DNA of 64,000 nt, from positions 368,366 to 432,365 of the forward strand of contig CAXWPL010000003.1 of assembly GCA_963666215.2 (NCBI GenBank). Direction: 5' to 3'. The notes under the pieces are model-generated. The model had not been told where the DNA came from and searched no databases. It saw only the letters and a list, made by a program, of their open reading frames with translations. Both the position numbers and the translations under genes were made by a program. This DNA is from Acidobacteriota bacterium. GTDB taxonomy: Bacteria; Acidobacteriota; UBA890; WLXD01. Shown piece after piece: positions 16,264-26,981 of this stretch (the stretch's first letter is position 1; each line of letters opens with the position of its first letter).

Positions 16264-18228
16264 CTAGTCGTCGTCGGGGCGGGCGCCAAGCGTGATCGAC
16301 CGTGAATCTCGCCCGGCCTGGGGGGCTTTCGCGGCGACGGTGACGCTAATCGGCCCGTCACCCGTTCGCCGGATGCGCCATTCGACCACTTTCGTGGACT
16401 CATCGGCCCCGGCGCCCCAGCGCCAGATGTAGGAATGACGCCCGAGGATGTGCCCGGCATTGAGCAGGCTGCGCGAGCCCACGACCTCGGCACCTTCGAG
16501 CTGCAGCTCGGCCAGAATCGGGACGTCGCGCCGAATTTCGAGCGCCTTGCGACTGACGTAGGTGGCCAAGTACCCGGTGTTCTGCAGGGTCGCCACCACG
16601 CGGTACTCATCGTCGCCAACGGGCTCTGTCTGAAGATCAGCAACGCTCAACATGGGCGACAGGTCGGCGAGATAAACCAGGAACTTGTAGTGCAAATCGC
16701 CCTCGACCCTCATGCGCTCATCGAGCGCCGGCGGCATGCCACGTAGGCCGCCGATCTCCACCTGCCCGAGCGTCGGATCCTCGCTGGCCTCCCACGGAAT
16801 CCAGAACTGGCCGTTCTTCTCCTCGTCGTTCCAGCGCAGGATCTCGAGCATCGTCACGTAGCGGTCGCCGTCATAGTCCTTGCCGACCGCCATGCCCTCG
16901 GGCATCAGCGAGTGAATGCCACGACCGATGTAAGCCCAGTCGACCTCGCAGCCATGCTGGATGTCGGTGTACGCCCCGGCCGCGATCTCCTGGCTGTAGT
17001 AGTTGTTCTCGATGATGTTGCCGCCGCCGAGCGCCGACCAGACGGCGCCAATGCGGTTGTAGAACTCGTTGTCCTCGGGGTCCATCCAATCGTACGGATG
17101 GTGCATGCCGGGCCGGGCGGTGTAGTTCCTCGCCGTCTGGTCGGCGTGCATGTTGTATTGGAAGAAGATGTTCTGGTGCGCGGCGATGAACTTGGCTGCG
17201 GCTCGCGTCTCGGGTAACGAGAACGGGAACGCGCCGCCGCCCGGCTCGTCGGGCCGCCACTCGGCGCTCCAGTCACGATTGAAGTCGGACGGCGGCGGGT
17301 CAAAGCCGACGTTGCGCTCGAAGCCATCAACCGTCAGGTTGAAGTCGTCGCGCCGATGCAGCGGAGACGAGCCCTCGGTATAGATCGAGTAGCGGTTCTC
17401 CGGTGGCGCCAGGTAATCGATCTGCGGCGGGTCCTCGCCGGTTGGCATCCAGCGCGCCTGCGGACCGACGGTCGTGGCGCCCACGACCTGCGGACCCGAG
17501 GAGCGGAAGAACTTGGTCTCGTCGTAAACCGTCGGGACGTAGTTCCAGCGCCCCTCGTCGCGCGCCCGCAGTCGCAGCATCAGGCGATCGTCCTTGGGGC
17601 TCGCGTACCACATGCCCTCTGGATCCTTGACCCGCATGCTGGTAACGAAGCCGTCGCCGTTGAGGTCGCTGCCCAAGTGCTGTGAGGGCTGGTGGCCAGG
17701 CCAAGCTGGGTGACGCGTGAGCGAGCGCTCGCCGCCGTCGGCGTCGAACATCGGGACAATGTAGAAGACCCTGCTGTCGAGGATCCGTGTCACCACCTCG
17801 TCGCGGCCGTACGTGGCGAGCAGCCGCTCGATCATGTACATCGCGCGCACCCGGCCGTTTGACTCGTGGGCGTGCAGGTTGCCATCGATCCACAGCCCGG
17901 GCTTGTTGTCCCCCGGACCGGTCTCCGTGTTGGTGACCTCCATCAGCCACAGGTCGCGCCCGGCTGCCGTCTTGCCGATGCTGTGCAACGTGGCGATGTT
18001 CGGATGCTCTGCCGCCAGCTCCTGGAGCCTCGCGGTGACCTCGGCGTAGAGCGGATAGGGCCAACGCCCGAAGTCGTAGTCGATGTCGATCAGGTTCTCG
18101 GCGATCGCGTCGAGGGCCCCTTGGCCGCTTGCTGCGGGCGCGATGGCCGACAGGCTGACCATGGCGATCAGGCAAGCCACCAGAAACGAAATACGTAGCA
18201 GCGGATCACGCATCAGTTGTCTGATCAT
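16264..18228 (-). CDS. Secreted M14 zinc carboxypeptidase-family protein
   Basis: SIGKTAAGRDLW, IDGNLHAHE (HxxE), DFNRDW, SLPETRA, NMH. Confidence 0.9.
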   Translation of the reverse strand: MIRQLMRDPLLRISFLVACLIAMVSLSAIAPAASGQGALDAIAENLIDIDYDFGRWPYPLYAEVTARLQELAAEHPNIATLHSIGKTAAGRDLWLMEVTNTETGPGDNKPGLWIDGNLHAHESNGRVRAMYMIERLLATYGRDEVVTRILDSRVFYIVPMFDADGGERSLTRHPAWPGHQPSQHLGSDLNGDGFVTSMRVKDPEGMWYASPKDDRLMLRLRARDEGRWNYVPTVYDETKFFRSSGPQVVGATTVGPQARWMPTGEDPPQIDYLAPPENRYSIYTEGSSPLHRRDDFNLTVDGFERNVGFDPPPSDFNRDWSAEWRPDEPGGGAFPFSLPETRAAAKFIAAHQNIFFQYNMHADQTARNYTARPGMHHPYDWMDPEDNEFYNRIGAVWSALGGGNIIENNYYSQEIAAGAYTDIQHGCEVDWAYIGRGIHSLMPEGMAVGKDYDGDRYVTMLEILRWNDEEKNGQFWIPWEASEDPTLGQVEIGGLRGMPPALDERMRVEGDLHYKFLVYLADLSPMLSVADLQTEPVGDDEYRVVATLQNTGYLATYVSRKALEIRRDVPILAELQLEGAEVVGSRSLLNAGHILGRHSYIWRWGAGADESTKVVEWRIRRTGDGPISVTVAAKAPQAGRDSRSITLGARPDDD

Positions 18229-19403
18229 CTCTGTGCTCTCAAGGTGAGTGTTTCCTGGTCGCTGCCGGCCTTGTGGGCCGAGGCGCGCACGCGCACGGTC
18301 ACCGGCCCGGGGCCGGTGGGGCGCACCCTCCATTCGACCGTCTTGGAAGGAACCTCCTCACCGCCGTCTGCCCATTGCCGGATGTGGGCAAGCTTGCCGA
18401 GCAAGTGCCCGATCTCCTGACTCGAGGCGCCTGAAACCAGCTCGCCTCCTTCGATCTGGATCTCGACCACAACCGGGAACTCGCGACGGCGGATGTTCAG
18501 AGCCGCGCCAGGGCCGGCCTGGGTGGTGGCGCCGCCGATCTCGAGTGCCCTGCGAGTGACGTAGGTCGAAATCCACCCGTCGTTGCGGACCGTGGCAAGC
18601 ACCCGATGCGTCCCCTGCGACGCCGGCTCCGAAGTCACCTCCACGAGGCTCACCTCCGGAGCCAGGCCAGCCACGTACATCAGGAACTCGAAGCTCTTGT
18701 CGGTGCGGTCGCTCATCAGGCTCCCGATCGCCGGAGGGAACTGCCCCTGCGACGAAACGTGCGGGCCACCGATCTCGATCGAGCCGAGCACAGGGTGCTC
18801 GTAGGGTTGCCAGGGTTGGGCATAACGGCCACCCATCTCCTCCTGGTGCCAGCGCTCGAGCTCATCCGGCAACACTTCACCATTGCCGTCGTAGTCGATG
18901 CCACTGCCGCCCAGCTCACCGCCGAAGCCGAAGATGCCCTGGTGCAGATACGCCCAATCGGGCGGCAGGCCGCCGATCGTCGCCCCCGTCCCATCGGGCG
19001 TGTAGTAGTCGTCCAGTGTGAAGTCGCCGGGGCTGATCACCGACCAGGCCGCTGCCAGTCGCACATGCCAGTCGTTGTCCTCGTGGTGCATCGCCTGGTA
19101 GGGTGCGTTGCTGAGCCCGCGGATCATGAACTCGCGGCCGACGTTGGCCGAGTGGACGTCGTAGAAGAAGTAGATGTTGCGACGATCGGTGACCGCCTTG
19201 GCGACCGCGTAGAACTCGGGCAGCGAAAAGGGATAGTCGCCTGCTCCCGGATCGGCGGCGTTCCACTCCTCGGCCCACTGGCGGTTGTAGTCGGGCTGCT
19301 CGCGCCGGCCCGTCCAGTGGCGCTCGCGGTCCTTCATCTCCCAGCGAGCCGGGTTGTTCGGGCGCGGTCGCCACACGTAGCCCATGCTGTCCTCGTGCTG
19401 ATT
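18225..19403 (-). pseudogene. C-terminal part of a second M14 peptidase paralog (N-terminal HxxE region missing)
   Basis: DYNRQW..YPFSLPE..DVHS and a C-terminal beta domain clearly paralogous to 16264-18228; the frame is closed by TAG at ~19404. Confidence 0.8.
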
Positions 19404-19510
19404 CTATTCTCTTGATTATTTATTTGGATATTATGCTCGTGTTAGCTTGTTAAGCTGCAGAATGCCCCGGCCGCCGGGCCGGGCTCGCATCGACCGACGG
19501 AGGAGACGAA

Positions 19511-19729
19511 ATGATCGCCAGGCTGCTACCTCGGAACGAGAACATCGCCGATCGATTGTTCCGCGGGTACCTCGGAGCGACGCTGCTGAGCACCGTCTGG
19601 ATTGGGCCTCAGACCGCCTGGGGCTGGATCGGCCTGATCCCGCTCGTCACCGGCCTAATCGGCAGCTGTCCCGCTTACACGATATTTGGGGTCAGCACAT
19701 GCGCGGACTGGCGCCGCCGCGACACCTAG
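19511..19729 (+). CDS. DUF2892/YgaP-like small membrane protein
   Basis: NE..ADR..R, WGWIGLIPLVTGLIGSCPAYTIFGVSTC; GGAGGAG RBS. Confidence 0.9.
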   Translation: MIARLLPRNENIADRLFRGYLGATLLSTVWIGPQTAWGWIGLIPLVTGLIGSCPAYTIFGVSTCADWRRRDT

Positions 19730-19795
19730 GGCGGTGTGCGTGTCGACGTCTACGCGATCATGAGTCGGCCAAGTCGCCCTGATTGAGTGAGGACG

Positions 19796-21184
19796 TTATT
19801 GCAGGTAGCCCAAGGCTCGTAACTCGCGGAGCATCTCCGGGGAGTTTTCGATAACAACGTCCATCGCGGCGCCCTCTTCGATATAGCGCGCGAGTCGCGC
19901 CAAGAGGTTGTCACGCATCTCGGCGGCGCGCTCGGGATGTTGGGCGATCACGTCGGTGCTCTCGTGTGGATCCGAGCGCAGGTCGTAGAGCACGTCGGCA
20001 TCCTGAGTGTGGTGCAGGTACTTCCACTCGGGCGTCTGAAGGGCGAAGCGCTTGCCCTCGCCCCATTGGTTCGGGCGCTCTTTGAAGGTGCGCTGCGAAA
20101 AAGCCTCGCCGCGCTGGGCGGCGAGCAGGTCGATGCCCTCGAACTGCGCCAGAGCGGCTCGATCGAGTGGCAGATCGATCGCGGCAGCGATCGTCGGCAG
20201 CACGTCGATACCTGAGGCCAGCCCGCTGTAGCGTCGCGGTTCGATTCCGGCTGACTCCGGAAACTTGACGATCAGAGGCACGGTGAGCTGCTCGTTGAAG
20301 ATCTCTCCGTGGCCGATGATGCCGTGCTGTCCGAGTCCCTCGCCGTGGTCACCCGCCACCACGATGACAGCGCGGTCGTACCAGCCCGTGTCCCGCAAGC
20401 CTTGAAAGAGGCGGGCAAGTTGATCGTCGACGTACTTGAGCTCGGCGTCGTAGTTGACGTTTTCCTTGAGCGTCGGCTCTTCGATCGAGTTCGCGATGCC
20501 GAGCTCGTTCAAGAAGGCCACCAGATCGTCGTCGGCCCTGAAGTGACGACGGTAGCCCGGCGGCGGCTTGCGCGGCTCGTGCGGATCGAAGTAGTGAACC
20601 CACAGAAAACTCGGATCGGTGGCTTCCTCGCCGAGCCACCGCAGCACCAGATCGGTGGTGTCGCCGCCCGGCCGCTGGCCCTTCTCAGGCTCATCGAAAA
20701 CCTCGAAGCCAGCATCCATCCCGGTGCGTGCCTTGACCGGCGAGGCGGAAACGAAACCGGCGGTGCCGTAGCCGAGATCGCTGAGCATCTGGGCCAGGAA
20801 ACGCACGTCGGGTCCCAGAGCATTGATACGAGTGCCGTTGGCCACGACTCCGGTCTGCAGCGGATACATCCCGGTGAACAACGAGACGTGTGCCGGCAGC
20901 GTAGTCGCCATCACGCTGATGGCGCGCTCGAACACGATCGCTTCCTCGGCGAACGCGTCGAGCGCTGGCGTGGTATCACGGAAGTAACCGTAGGTGCCGA
21001 GGCGATCGGCGCGCGTGGTGTCGAGCGTGATGAACACGATCGGCGGAGCGGTGGCCATCCATTCGGCGCGGCCGTCGCCGCGCATGCGCGAGCAGCCGAC
21101 CGCCGTTACGGCGGCGAGGAAGAGGGCCACCATCAGAAGAGCGACGGGTGGCCGCTCCGAATGGCTTTCGTGAGTGTCGTGCAA
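19796..21184 (-). CDS. Sulfatase-fold (alkaline phosphatase superfamily) lipoprotein
   Basis: ITLDTTRAD, TLPAHVSLFTG, WVHYFDPH, GDHGE, C-terminal LRALGYLQ. Confidence 0.9.
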   Translation of the reverse strand: MHDTHESHSERPPVALLMVALFLAAVTAVGCSRMRGDGRAEWMATAPPIVFITLDTTRADRLGTYGYFRDTTPALDAFAEEAIVFERAISVMATTLPAHVSLFTGMYPLQTGVVANGTRINALGPDVRFLAQMLSDLGYGTAGFVSASPVKARTGMDAGFEVFDEPEKGQRPGGDTTDLVLRWLGEEATDPSFLWVHYFDPHEPRKPPPGYRRHFRADDDLVAFLNELGIANSIEEPTLKENVNYDAELKYVDDQLARLFQGLRDTGWYDRAVIVVAGDHGEGLGQHGIIGHGEIFNEQLTVPLIVKFPESAGIEPRRYSGLASGIDVLPTIAAAIDLPLDRAALAQFEGIDLLAAQRGEAFSQRTFKERPNQWGEGKRFALQTPEWKYLHHTQDADVLYDLRSDPHESTDVIAQHPERAAEMRDNLLARLARYIEEGAAMDVVIENSPEMLRELRALGYLQ

Positions 21185-21370
21185 GTCCGGCCTTCCGAGC
21201 TTTCTCAGGGGGGTGGGGGCAAGTGCGCGGCATCGGCGACCCGACGCGCAGCCAGCAGGTTAGCATTCGGAGGCTTCAGATGTCCTGGATGTTTCTTTAG
21301 AGTGGCGCGGGCGTCAAACACCTACGGTTGCTGGCGTCACGTCGATTCCGCCAAGCTCACGAGGTTTTCG

Positions 21371-23203
21371 TTGCGTCGTCTGCGCCGCCATGCTTCTTTC
21401 GGGTCGCTCCCCACGCTCAGCTTTGTGCTCGTGAGTCTCGCCGGCCTCGCGACAGGGATCATGGCGGGCTGCGCTCCCACCGACCCCGACCCGTACGGGC
21501 TCGAACAGCCGAACCTCCTCGTGGTCCTCACCGACGACCAGCGCTGGGACACCCTCTGGGCGATGCCGTTCGTCACCGAGCGTATGGTCGCCAACGGCAC
21601 CAACTTCGTTAACGCCATCGTCACTACGCCCGAATGCTGCCCGTTTCGCGGCAGCTACATGTCGGGCGGGTACTACGCTCGCGACACCGGAGTGCTGACC
21701 AACCATCTGCCCAACGGCGGCATGTTGCAGTTCGACGACACCAACTCGCTGGCCGTGCAACTGCAGCGCGCCGGCTACCGCACGGGCTTCATCGGCAAGT
21801 ACTTCAACAACTACGAGACCAGCTCGAGGATTCTCTTGAAGCGGCGGCAGCTGGTTGCCGAGGGAGATACCGGATCCGCCTACATCCCCCCGGGATTCGA
21901 TCTTTTTCTCGCAACGAGCACGCAGCAACGCATCGGTGACGCCGCCTGGACCGACTACCTCGTGGCGCGTGGCTCGAGCACTGCCGATGCCTCGACGATC
22001 GGCGACAGCTTCCGCACCACGCAGTACGTCACCGACTATCACACCGACCAGGCGCTCGACTTTCTCGATTGTTTTGGGCAGCAGCCTTTCTACCTGCGCG
22101 TCGCCACCCACGCGCCGCACCTTCCCGCGATCCCGGCGGAAGAGGACCTGGACGATTTCACCGATTTCGTCTACCGCGGCCGCGCCTTCGGCGAGGACGA
22201 CCTGCGCGACAAGCCGGTGTGGATGCGAAACCGCGGCACCGACGACACGTTCCGCGATCGCTGGGGCGATCGGCTCGAGGTGCCACGTCGGCAGCTGCGC
22301 ACGCTTCTCGCCGTCGACCGTGGCGTCGAGGCCCTCGTGACCAAGCTCGAGGAGCTCGGTGTGCTCGACAACACGATCGTCGTATTCGCCTCCGACAACG
22401 GCATGCTGTGGGGCGAGCATCGTGCTTTTGGCAAGAATCAACCGTACGAGGAGTCGATTCGTGTACCGCTGGTGATCCTCTACCCAGGCGGCCGCCGAGT
22501 GGATGTGGAGGAGCTCGTGGCGGTGAATCTCGACCTGCCAGCAACACTGCTCGACTACGCTGGCATCAGCACCCCCAACAGTGCCGGCGGTGTGCCGCGG
22601 CCGGAGAACCAGACCCCCAAGTCCTACGGCGGAGAAGGACTCAGTCTTCGTGGACTGATTGCGCAGCGCGAGCAACCGCAGACATGGAGTCGTGAGCTGC
22701 TCATCGAGCGCTACGGCGACCCCGTGTGGGCCGGCCTCCGGCGGATAGAGCTGCAGAACGGCCGCGTTGTCGCCAACTGGAAGTACGTCGAGTCGGCGGG
22801 CCACCACGTCGAATACTACGACTTGATCGCCGATCCCTACGAAGAGTTCAGCAAGCATGAGGATCCGGATCTGGCCACCGATCTCGCCGCCCTGCATGAG
22901 CGCCTCGGCGAAGCTCGAGGGATCTCGCTGCGTCGCCCCAAGCTCCCTGACGCTCGCGTGGGGAGCGTCTACCTTGCCGACTTCGATCTCAGCGGGGGCG
23001 TGGCGCCACTGACCTGGCGAATCCGCGGCGAGCTGCCACCCGGCCTCGAGTTCGATGAGGACAAGGCATTCGTCCAGGGAACGCCCACGCGCGCCGGGAG
23101 CTACCCGCTTGTCGTGCGCGTTTCCGACTCGTCGACGCGCCGATACACAGGCGTTCCCCGCGAGTACGTCCGCGAGTACCAGATCGATGTGTCGGGTCGC
23201 TAG
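21371..23203 (+). CDS. Cys-type sulfatase lipoprotein with a C-terminal putative Ig domain (start approximate)
   Basis: IMAGC lipobox, VLTDDQR, CCPFR (CxPxR), GKY, HAPH, SDNG, PYEESIRVPL; tail SGGVAPLTW...LPPGL...GTPTRAGSY. Confidence 0.9.
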   Translation: MRRLRRHASFGSLPTLSFVLVSLAGLATGIMAGCAPTDPDPYGLEQPNLLVVLTDDQRWDTLWAMPFVTERMVANGTNFVNAIVTTPECCPFRGSYMSGGYYARDTGVLTNHLPNGGMLQFDDTNSLAVQLQRAGYRTGFIGKYFNNYETSSRILLKRRQLVAEGDTGSAYIPPGFDLFLATSTQQRIGDAAWTDYLVARGSSTADASTIGDSFRTTQYVTDYHTDQALDFLDCFGQQPFYLRVATHAPHLPAIPAEEDLDDFTDFVYRGRAFGEDDLRDKPVWMRNRGTDDTFRDRWGDRLEVPRRQLRTLLAVDRGVEALVTKLEELGVLDNTIVVFASDNGMLWGEHRAFGKNQPYEESIRVPLVILYPGGRRVDVEELVAVNLDLPATLLDYAGISTPNSAGGVPRPENQTPKSYGGEGLSLRGLIAQREQPQTWSRELLIERYGDPVWAGLRRIELQNGRVVANWKYVESAGHHVEYYDLIADPYEEFSKHEDPDLATDLAALHERLGEARGISLRRPKLPDARVGSVYLADFDLSGGVAPLTWRIRGELPPGLEFDEDKAFVQGTPTRAGSYPLVVRVSDSSTRRYTGVPREYVREYQIDVSGR

Positions 23204-23237
23204 AGCGCCCGACAAAGCCGACGGAGCCTGTGCACCC

Positions 23238-26003
23238 ATGGACCGACTGAACTTCAAGCTGACAATCGCCGCGCCCTCGATCGTCCTACTCGTGGTCCTG
23301 GGGGCCACCATGGGACCGGCCCAGAGCCAGGAGGCGACCTGGTACCCCGACCCTTCCGATTACGATCCTGCGATCCCGACGCTCGAGCAGGTCGTCGGAC
23401 ATGCCCCAGGTGATCGCATCACATCGCCCGAAGAGGTCGGTCGTTACCTGCAGGCGCTCGCCCAGGCAACGCCGCGCGTCCAGGTGTACGAGTACGCCCG
23501 CACCTGGGAGGATCGACCGCTGTGGTACGCGGTGGTGGCGTCGGAAGAGAACATGAGCCGGATCGAAGAGATCCGATCTGACAATGTTGCGCTCGCCGAC
23601 CCCAATGCCACGTCAGAGGCAGAAGCGGATGCAATCATCGCCTCGAATCCGGTGGTCACGTGGCTTGCGTACGGCGTGCACGGCAACGAGATCTCGAGTA
23701 CCGACGCCGCGCTGCTGACGATCTATCACCTCGTCGCCGCTCGCGCCGACAGCCTGGCATCCAGCGTTCTCGCGAGCTCGGTGGTGGTCGTCGACCCCAT
23801 GCAGAACCCCGACGGTCGCAACCGATTCGTCAACCACTACCGGCAGGCTGTGGGACGCTGGCCGAATGCATCGAGCGCTTCGGTGGAACAGAACGAAGCC
23901 TGGCCGGGCGGCCGCACGAACCACTACCTGTTCGACCTGAATCGCGACTGGTTCGCCCAAACGCAGCCCGAGTCGCGCGGCAAGGTGGCGGCGTTCATGC
24001 ACTGGCGCCCGCAGGTCTATGTCGACCTACACGAGATGGGCGGCAACTCGAGTTATTACTTCCCGCCACAGGCCGCACCCCTCAACCCACACATGGCGGC
24101 CGACACCCACAAGTGGACGCAGGTCATCAGCGACAACAACGCGCGCTGGTTCGATCGCCTGGGCTTCGACTACTTCAACAACGAGGTGTTCGACTCCTTC
24201 TACCCCGGGTACGGCGCCAGCTGGCCAACCTACCAGGGCGCGATAGGCATGACCTACGAGCAGGCATCGTCGCGTGGCCTGCTCTACCAGCGCAACGATG
24301 ACACTGTGCTCGCCTACCGTGAGACGGTCCGCCACCACTTCATCGCCTCGCTGTCGACCGCCGAGGCAACGGCGAACAACCGCGCGGAGATCCTGCGCGA
24401 CTTCTACGACTTCGGCCGCGAGGCAATCGATGAGGGCGCTGCCGACGAAATGCGCGAGGTCATCATCGATCCCGCACGCGACCCTGGCCGCGCCGCCAAG
24501 CTGGTGCAGCTACTGATGACGCAGGGGGTGGAGGTGTCGCGCTCCGCGGCCTCGTTCAGCAACGTCGTGGTCGGCTACCACGGTGGCGATCCGGCGCCGC
24601 GCGACTTCCCCGCTGGCACCTACCGCATTTCTCTCGCCCAGCCGGCGAAGCGGCTGGTGAAGGTTTTACTGGCCCCAGAAACGCCCATGGACGAGGAGTT
24701 CATGGCTGAGCAGCGTCGACGCTACGCGCGCCGTCTCGGCGACCAGATTTACGACATCAGCGGCTGGTCGCTGCCGCTGCTGTTCGACCTCGACGCCTAC
24801 ATCGCCTCGGAGCCCTCGAGCAACGCCGACACGCTTGCGGCCGACCGACTGGCACCGGCCGACGACGCCTCGAGCACCGACCTCGCAGCGGGCGGCGTTC
24901 ACGGCGACACCGCCAGCGTGGCCTACCTGCTCCCCTGGGGAACGCAGTCGACCCTGCGCGCACTGGCGATGATGCATCGGCACGACATCCGCGTGCACAG
25001 CGCCGACGACGAGTTCGCCATCGGCGGGCGTGACTACCCGGCGGGCTCGCTGATCGTCAAGGTCGCCGGCAACCCCGACGACCTGCACGAACAGTTGGTT
25101 CGCATCGCGAGCCACTCGGGTGCCGACATCTACCCGGCCAACAGCTCGCGCGTGACCTCGGGCGTCAACTTCGGCTCCGGTCGCGTGCGCTACCTACCCA
25201 AGCCGCGTGTTGCGCTCGCCTACGACGTGCCCACGAGCGCCTATTCCGCAGGCTGGGCGCGCTACCTGCTCGAGGCCGCCTACGAAGTGCCCGTGACGAT
25301 CGTTCGTACTTCCCAGCTCGCGGGGCTGGCGGCGCGCGAGCTCGAGAAGTTCAACGTGATCATCCTCCCGGACGCCGGGGGCTTCTCCGGAGGTGGTGGC
25401 GGAGGCTACGGAAGCTCGTTTGGTGAGACATCACTCGACAGGCTCAAAGCCTGGCTCCGTGCTGGCGGCACGCTGGTCACGATCGGCGGCGCCACCCGAT
25501 GGGCCACCGACGAAGAGGTCGGCCTACTGGCCACCAAGCGTCGCCGGAAGACCAACGACCTGGAGAACGAGGACGCCGTTGGCCAAGCAGACTCCGAGCG
25601 ACCCGCCGACCCAGGACTACCAGACGGTGTCTACGCCGAGGAAGAAGAGCCCACGGCGTTACCTGGCGCCGTGCTGCGCGCCCAGGTCGACGGAGAGCAC
25701 TGGCTCGGCTTCGGGTACAGCGACCGCGTGAACCTGATCGCACAGTCACGCAACTTCTACGATCCATTGACGCTCGACGAGGGCCTCAATGTCGCAACTT
25801 ACCTACCAGCCGAGGAGCTGCTCGTCTCCGGAGTCGCGTGGGAGCCGGAGCTCGAGCTCATCGCCGGAACGCCCTTCCTGATGGTGCAAAGCCACGGCCA
25901 AGGCAACGTTGTGGCCTTCACCGAGGACCCCAACTTCCGCGCCTACTTCGACGGGCTCAACCTGCTGTTCCTCAACGGCGTCCTCCTGGGCCCGGGCCAC
26001 TAA
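23238..26003 (+). CDS. Secreted M14 zinc carboxypeptidase with a C-terminal class-I GATase-like domain
   Basis: YGVHGNE, NPDG, NHYLFDLNRDW, DLHEM, YEQASS. Confidence 0.92.
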   Translation: MDRLNFKLTIAAPSIVLLVVLGATMGPAQSQEATWYPDPSDYDPAIPTLEQVVGHAPGDRITSPEEVGRYLQALAQATPRVQVYEYARTWEDRPLWYAVVASEENMSRIEEIRSDNVALADPNATSEAEADAIIASNPVVTWLAYGVHGNEISSTDAALLTIYHLVAARADSLASSVLASSVVVVDPMQNPDGRNRFVNHYRQAVGRWPNASSASVEQNEAWPGGRTNHYLFDLNRDWFAQTQPESRGKVAAFMHWRPQVYVDLHEMGGNSSYYFPPQAAPLNPHMAADTHKWTQVISDNNARWFDRLGFDYFNNEVFDSFYPGYGASWPTYQGAIGMTYEQASSRGLLYQRNDDTVLAYRETVRHHFIASLSTAEATANNRAEILRDFYDFGREAIDEGAADEMREVIIDPARDPGRAAKLVQLLMTQGVEVSRSAASFSNVVVGYHGGDPAPRDFPAGTYRISLAQPAKRLVKVLLAPETPMDEEFMAEQRRRYARRLGDQIYDISGWSLPLLFDLDAYIASEPSSNADTLAADRLAPADDASSTDLAAGGVHGDTASVAYLLPWGTQSTLRALAMMHRHDIRVHSADDEFAIGGRDYPAGSLIVKVAGNPDDLHEQLVRIASHSGADIYPANSSRVTSGVNFGSGRVRYLPKPRVALAYDVPTSAYSAGWARYLLEAAYEVPVTIVRTSQLAGLAARELEKFNVIILPDAGGFSGGGGGGYGSSFGETSLDRLKAWLRAGGTLVTIGGATRWATDEEVGLLATKRRRKTNDLENEDAVGQADSERPADPGLPDGVYAEEEEPTALPGAVLRAQVDGEHWLGFGYSDRVNLIAQSRNFYDPLTLDEGLNVATYLPAEELLVSGVAWEPELELIAGTPFLMVQSHGQGNVVAFTEDPNFRAYFDGLNLLFLNGVLLGPGH

Positions 26004-26011
26004 AGGCCGAC

Positions 26012-26914
26012 ATGCGTGGGCCGCTTCGCACGGTGTGGCCGATTCTGCTGGTCGTGTTCCCGCTCCCGCTCCCGCTCCAAGCCTTGTTGCCCGCGTCGGC
26101 CGCGGGCAACGCCTCGCGACCGGTGCCGACGGCCGCGCTGCCCCACGCCAGCTCGCAAGGCGCAACGTGTGCCGACCCCGCGCTCGCCGCTCTGACTCCG
26201 CCCGAGGTTCCGTCGGAGGAGCCGCCTATCCTCCCCTACGAGAAGATCAACCCGGCCGGATCCAGGCTCTACCTGGGCATCGGCCGCCTCCACCCGACCG
26301 GGGGTGGCGGCTGGGATTGGTATCGCCAAGCACGAATCCCGCTCTTCGCAGCCCCAGGCGAGGAGCCGCTCCTGTGGATCCTCGACGGCTGGCTGCTCGT
26401 TGGTCGTCGTCCGAGCGGCACGTTCAGCACGGTGCAACCTCTTGAAACGGCCGGCATGGTGGAGACCGAATACGAGGTCCCCTCGTTCATCGTGCTCGAG
26501 TCGCGTAACGACGGCTGGATTCGTCTGCGCTGGGCACCCGACAGTGCCGGCGTCGCGTGGACCCACAGCTGCCTGCTCAGCCTCGGGCGGCAGCCGCTTG
26601 TTGTGCAGACGTGGGCCGAGCTGTTCGAAAGCTTCGAAGACTCTCCGATGTACTTCCGCTCCGAAGTTCGACATTCGCTGCGCACCGGCGCCTCGATCGA
26701 CAGCGCCCGCATCGGCTGGGTGCCGGCAAGCCCCAACGACTACCACTTGGAGCCGCTGGAGATACGTGGCGACTGGATGCGGGTTGAGCTCGTGGAGCCT
26801 TCCGACTACTGCGCCGGCCCCGATGCGCCAGCATCAACCCGGCGCGAAGGCTGGGTGAAGTGGCGCGACGACGAGATCGGACCCTGGGTCTGGTACTACA
26901 CGCGCGGCTGCTGA
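26012..26914 (+). CDS. Hypothetical secreted protein (C-terminal SH3-like strand pattern)
   Basis: Signal-like N-terminus MRGPLRTVWPILLVVF; EIRGDWMRVE...EGWVKWRD. Confidence 0.7.
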   Translation: MRGPLRTVWPILLVVFPLPLPLQALLPASAAGNASRPVPTAALPHASSQGATCADPALAALTPPEVPSEEPPILPYEKINPAGSRLYLGIGRLHPTGGGGWDWYRQARIPLFAAPGEEPLLWILDGWLLVGRRPSGTFSTVQPLETAGMVETEYEVPSFIVLESRNDGWIRLRWAPDSAGVAWTHSCLLSLGRQPLVVQTWAELFESFEDSPMYFRSEVRHSLRTGASIDSARIGWVPASPNDYHLEPLEIRGDWMRVELVEPSDYCAGPDAPASTRREGWVKWRDDEIGPWVWYYTRGC

Positions 26915-26981
26915 GACCTATCATCCGCAAGACTCGCGCCCCGTAGGCTTCGCCAGGCAACACCACCGCGTTCGAGACACC

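Noticed and set aside
20309-21370. Long N-terminal extensions on track ORFs (20309, 25499, 34073, 35394, 57041, 61591 starts)
   Set aside because: They overlap other genes or lack protein-like composition; downstream starts with an RBS, signal peptide or ATGA coupling fit better.
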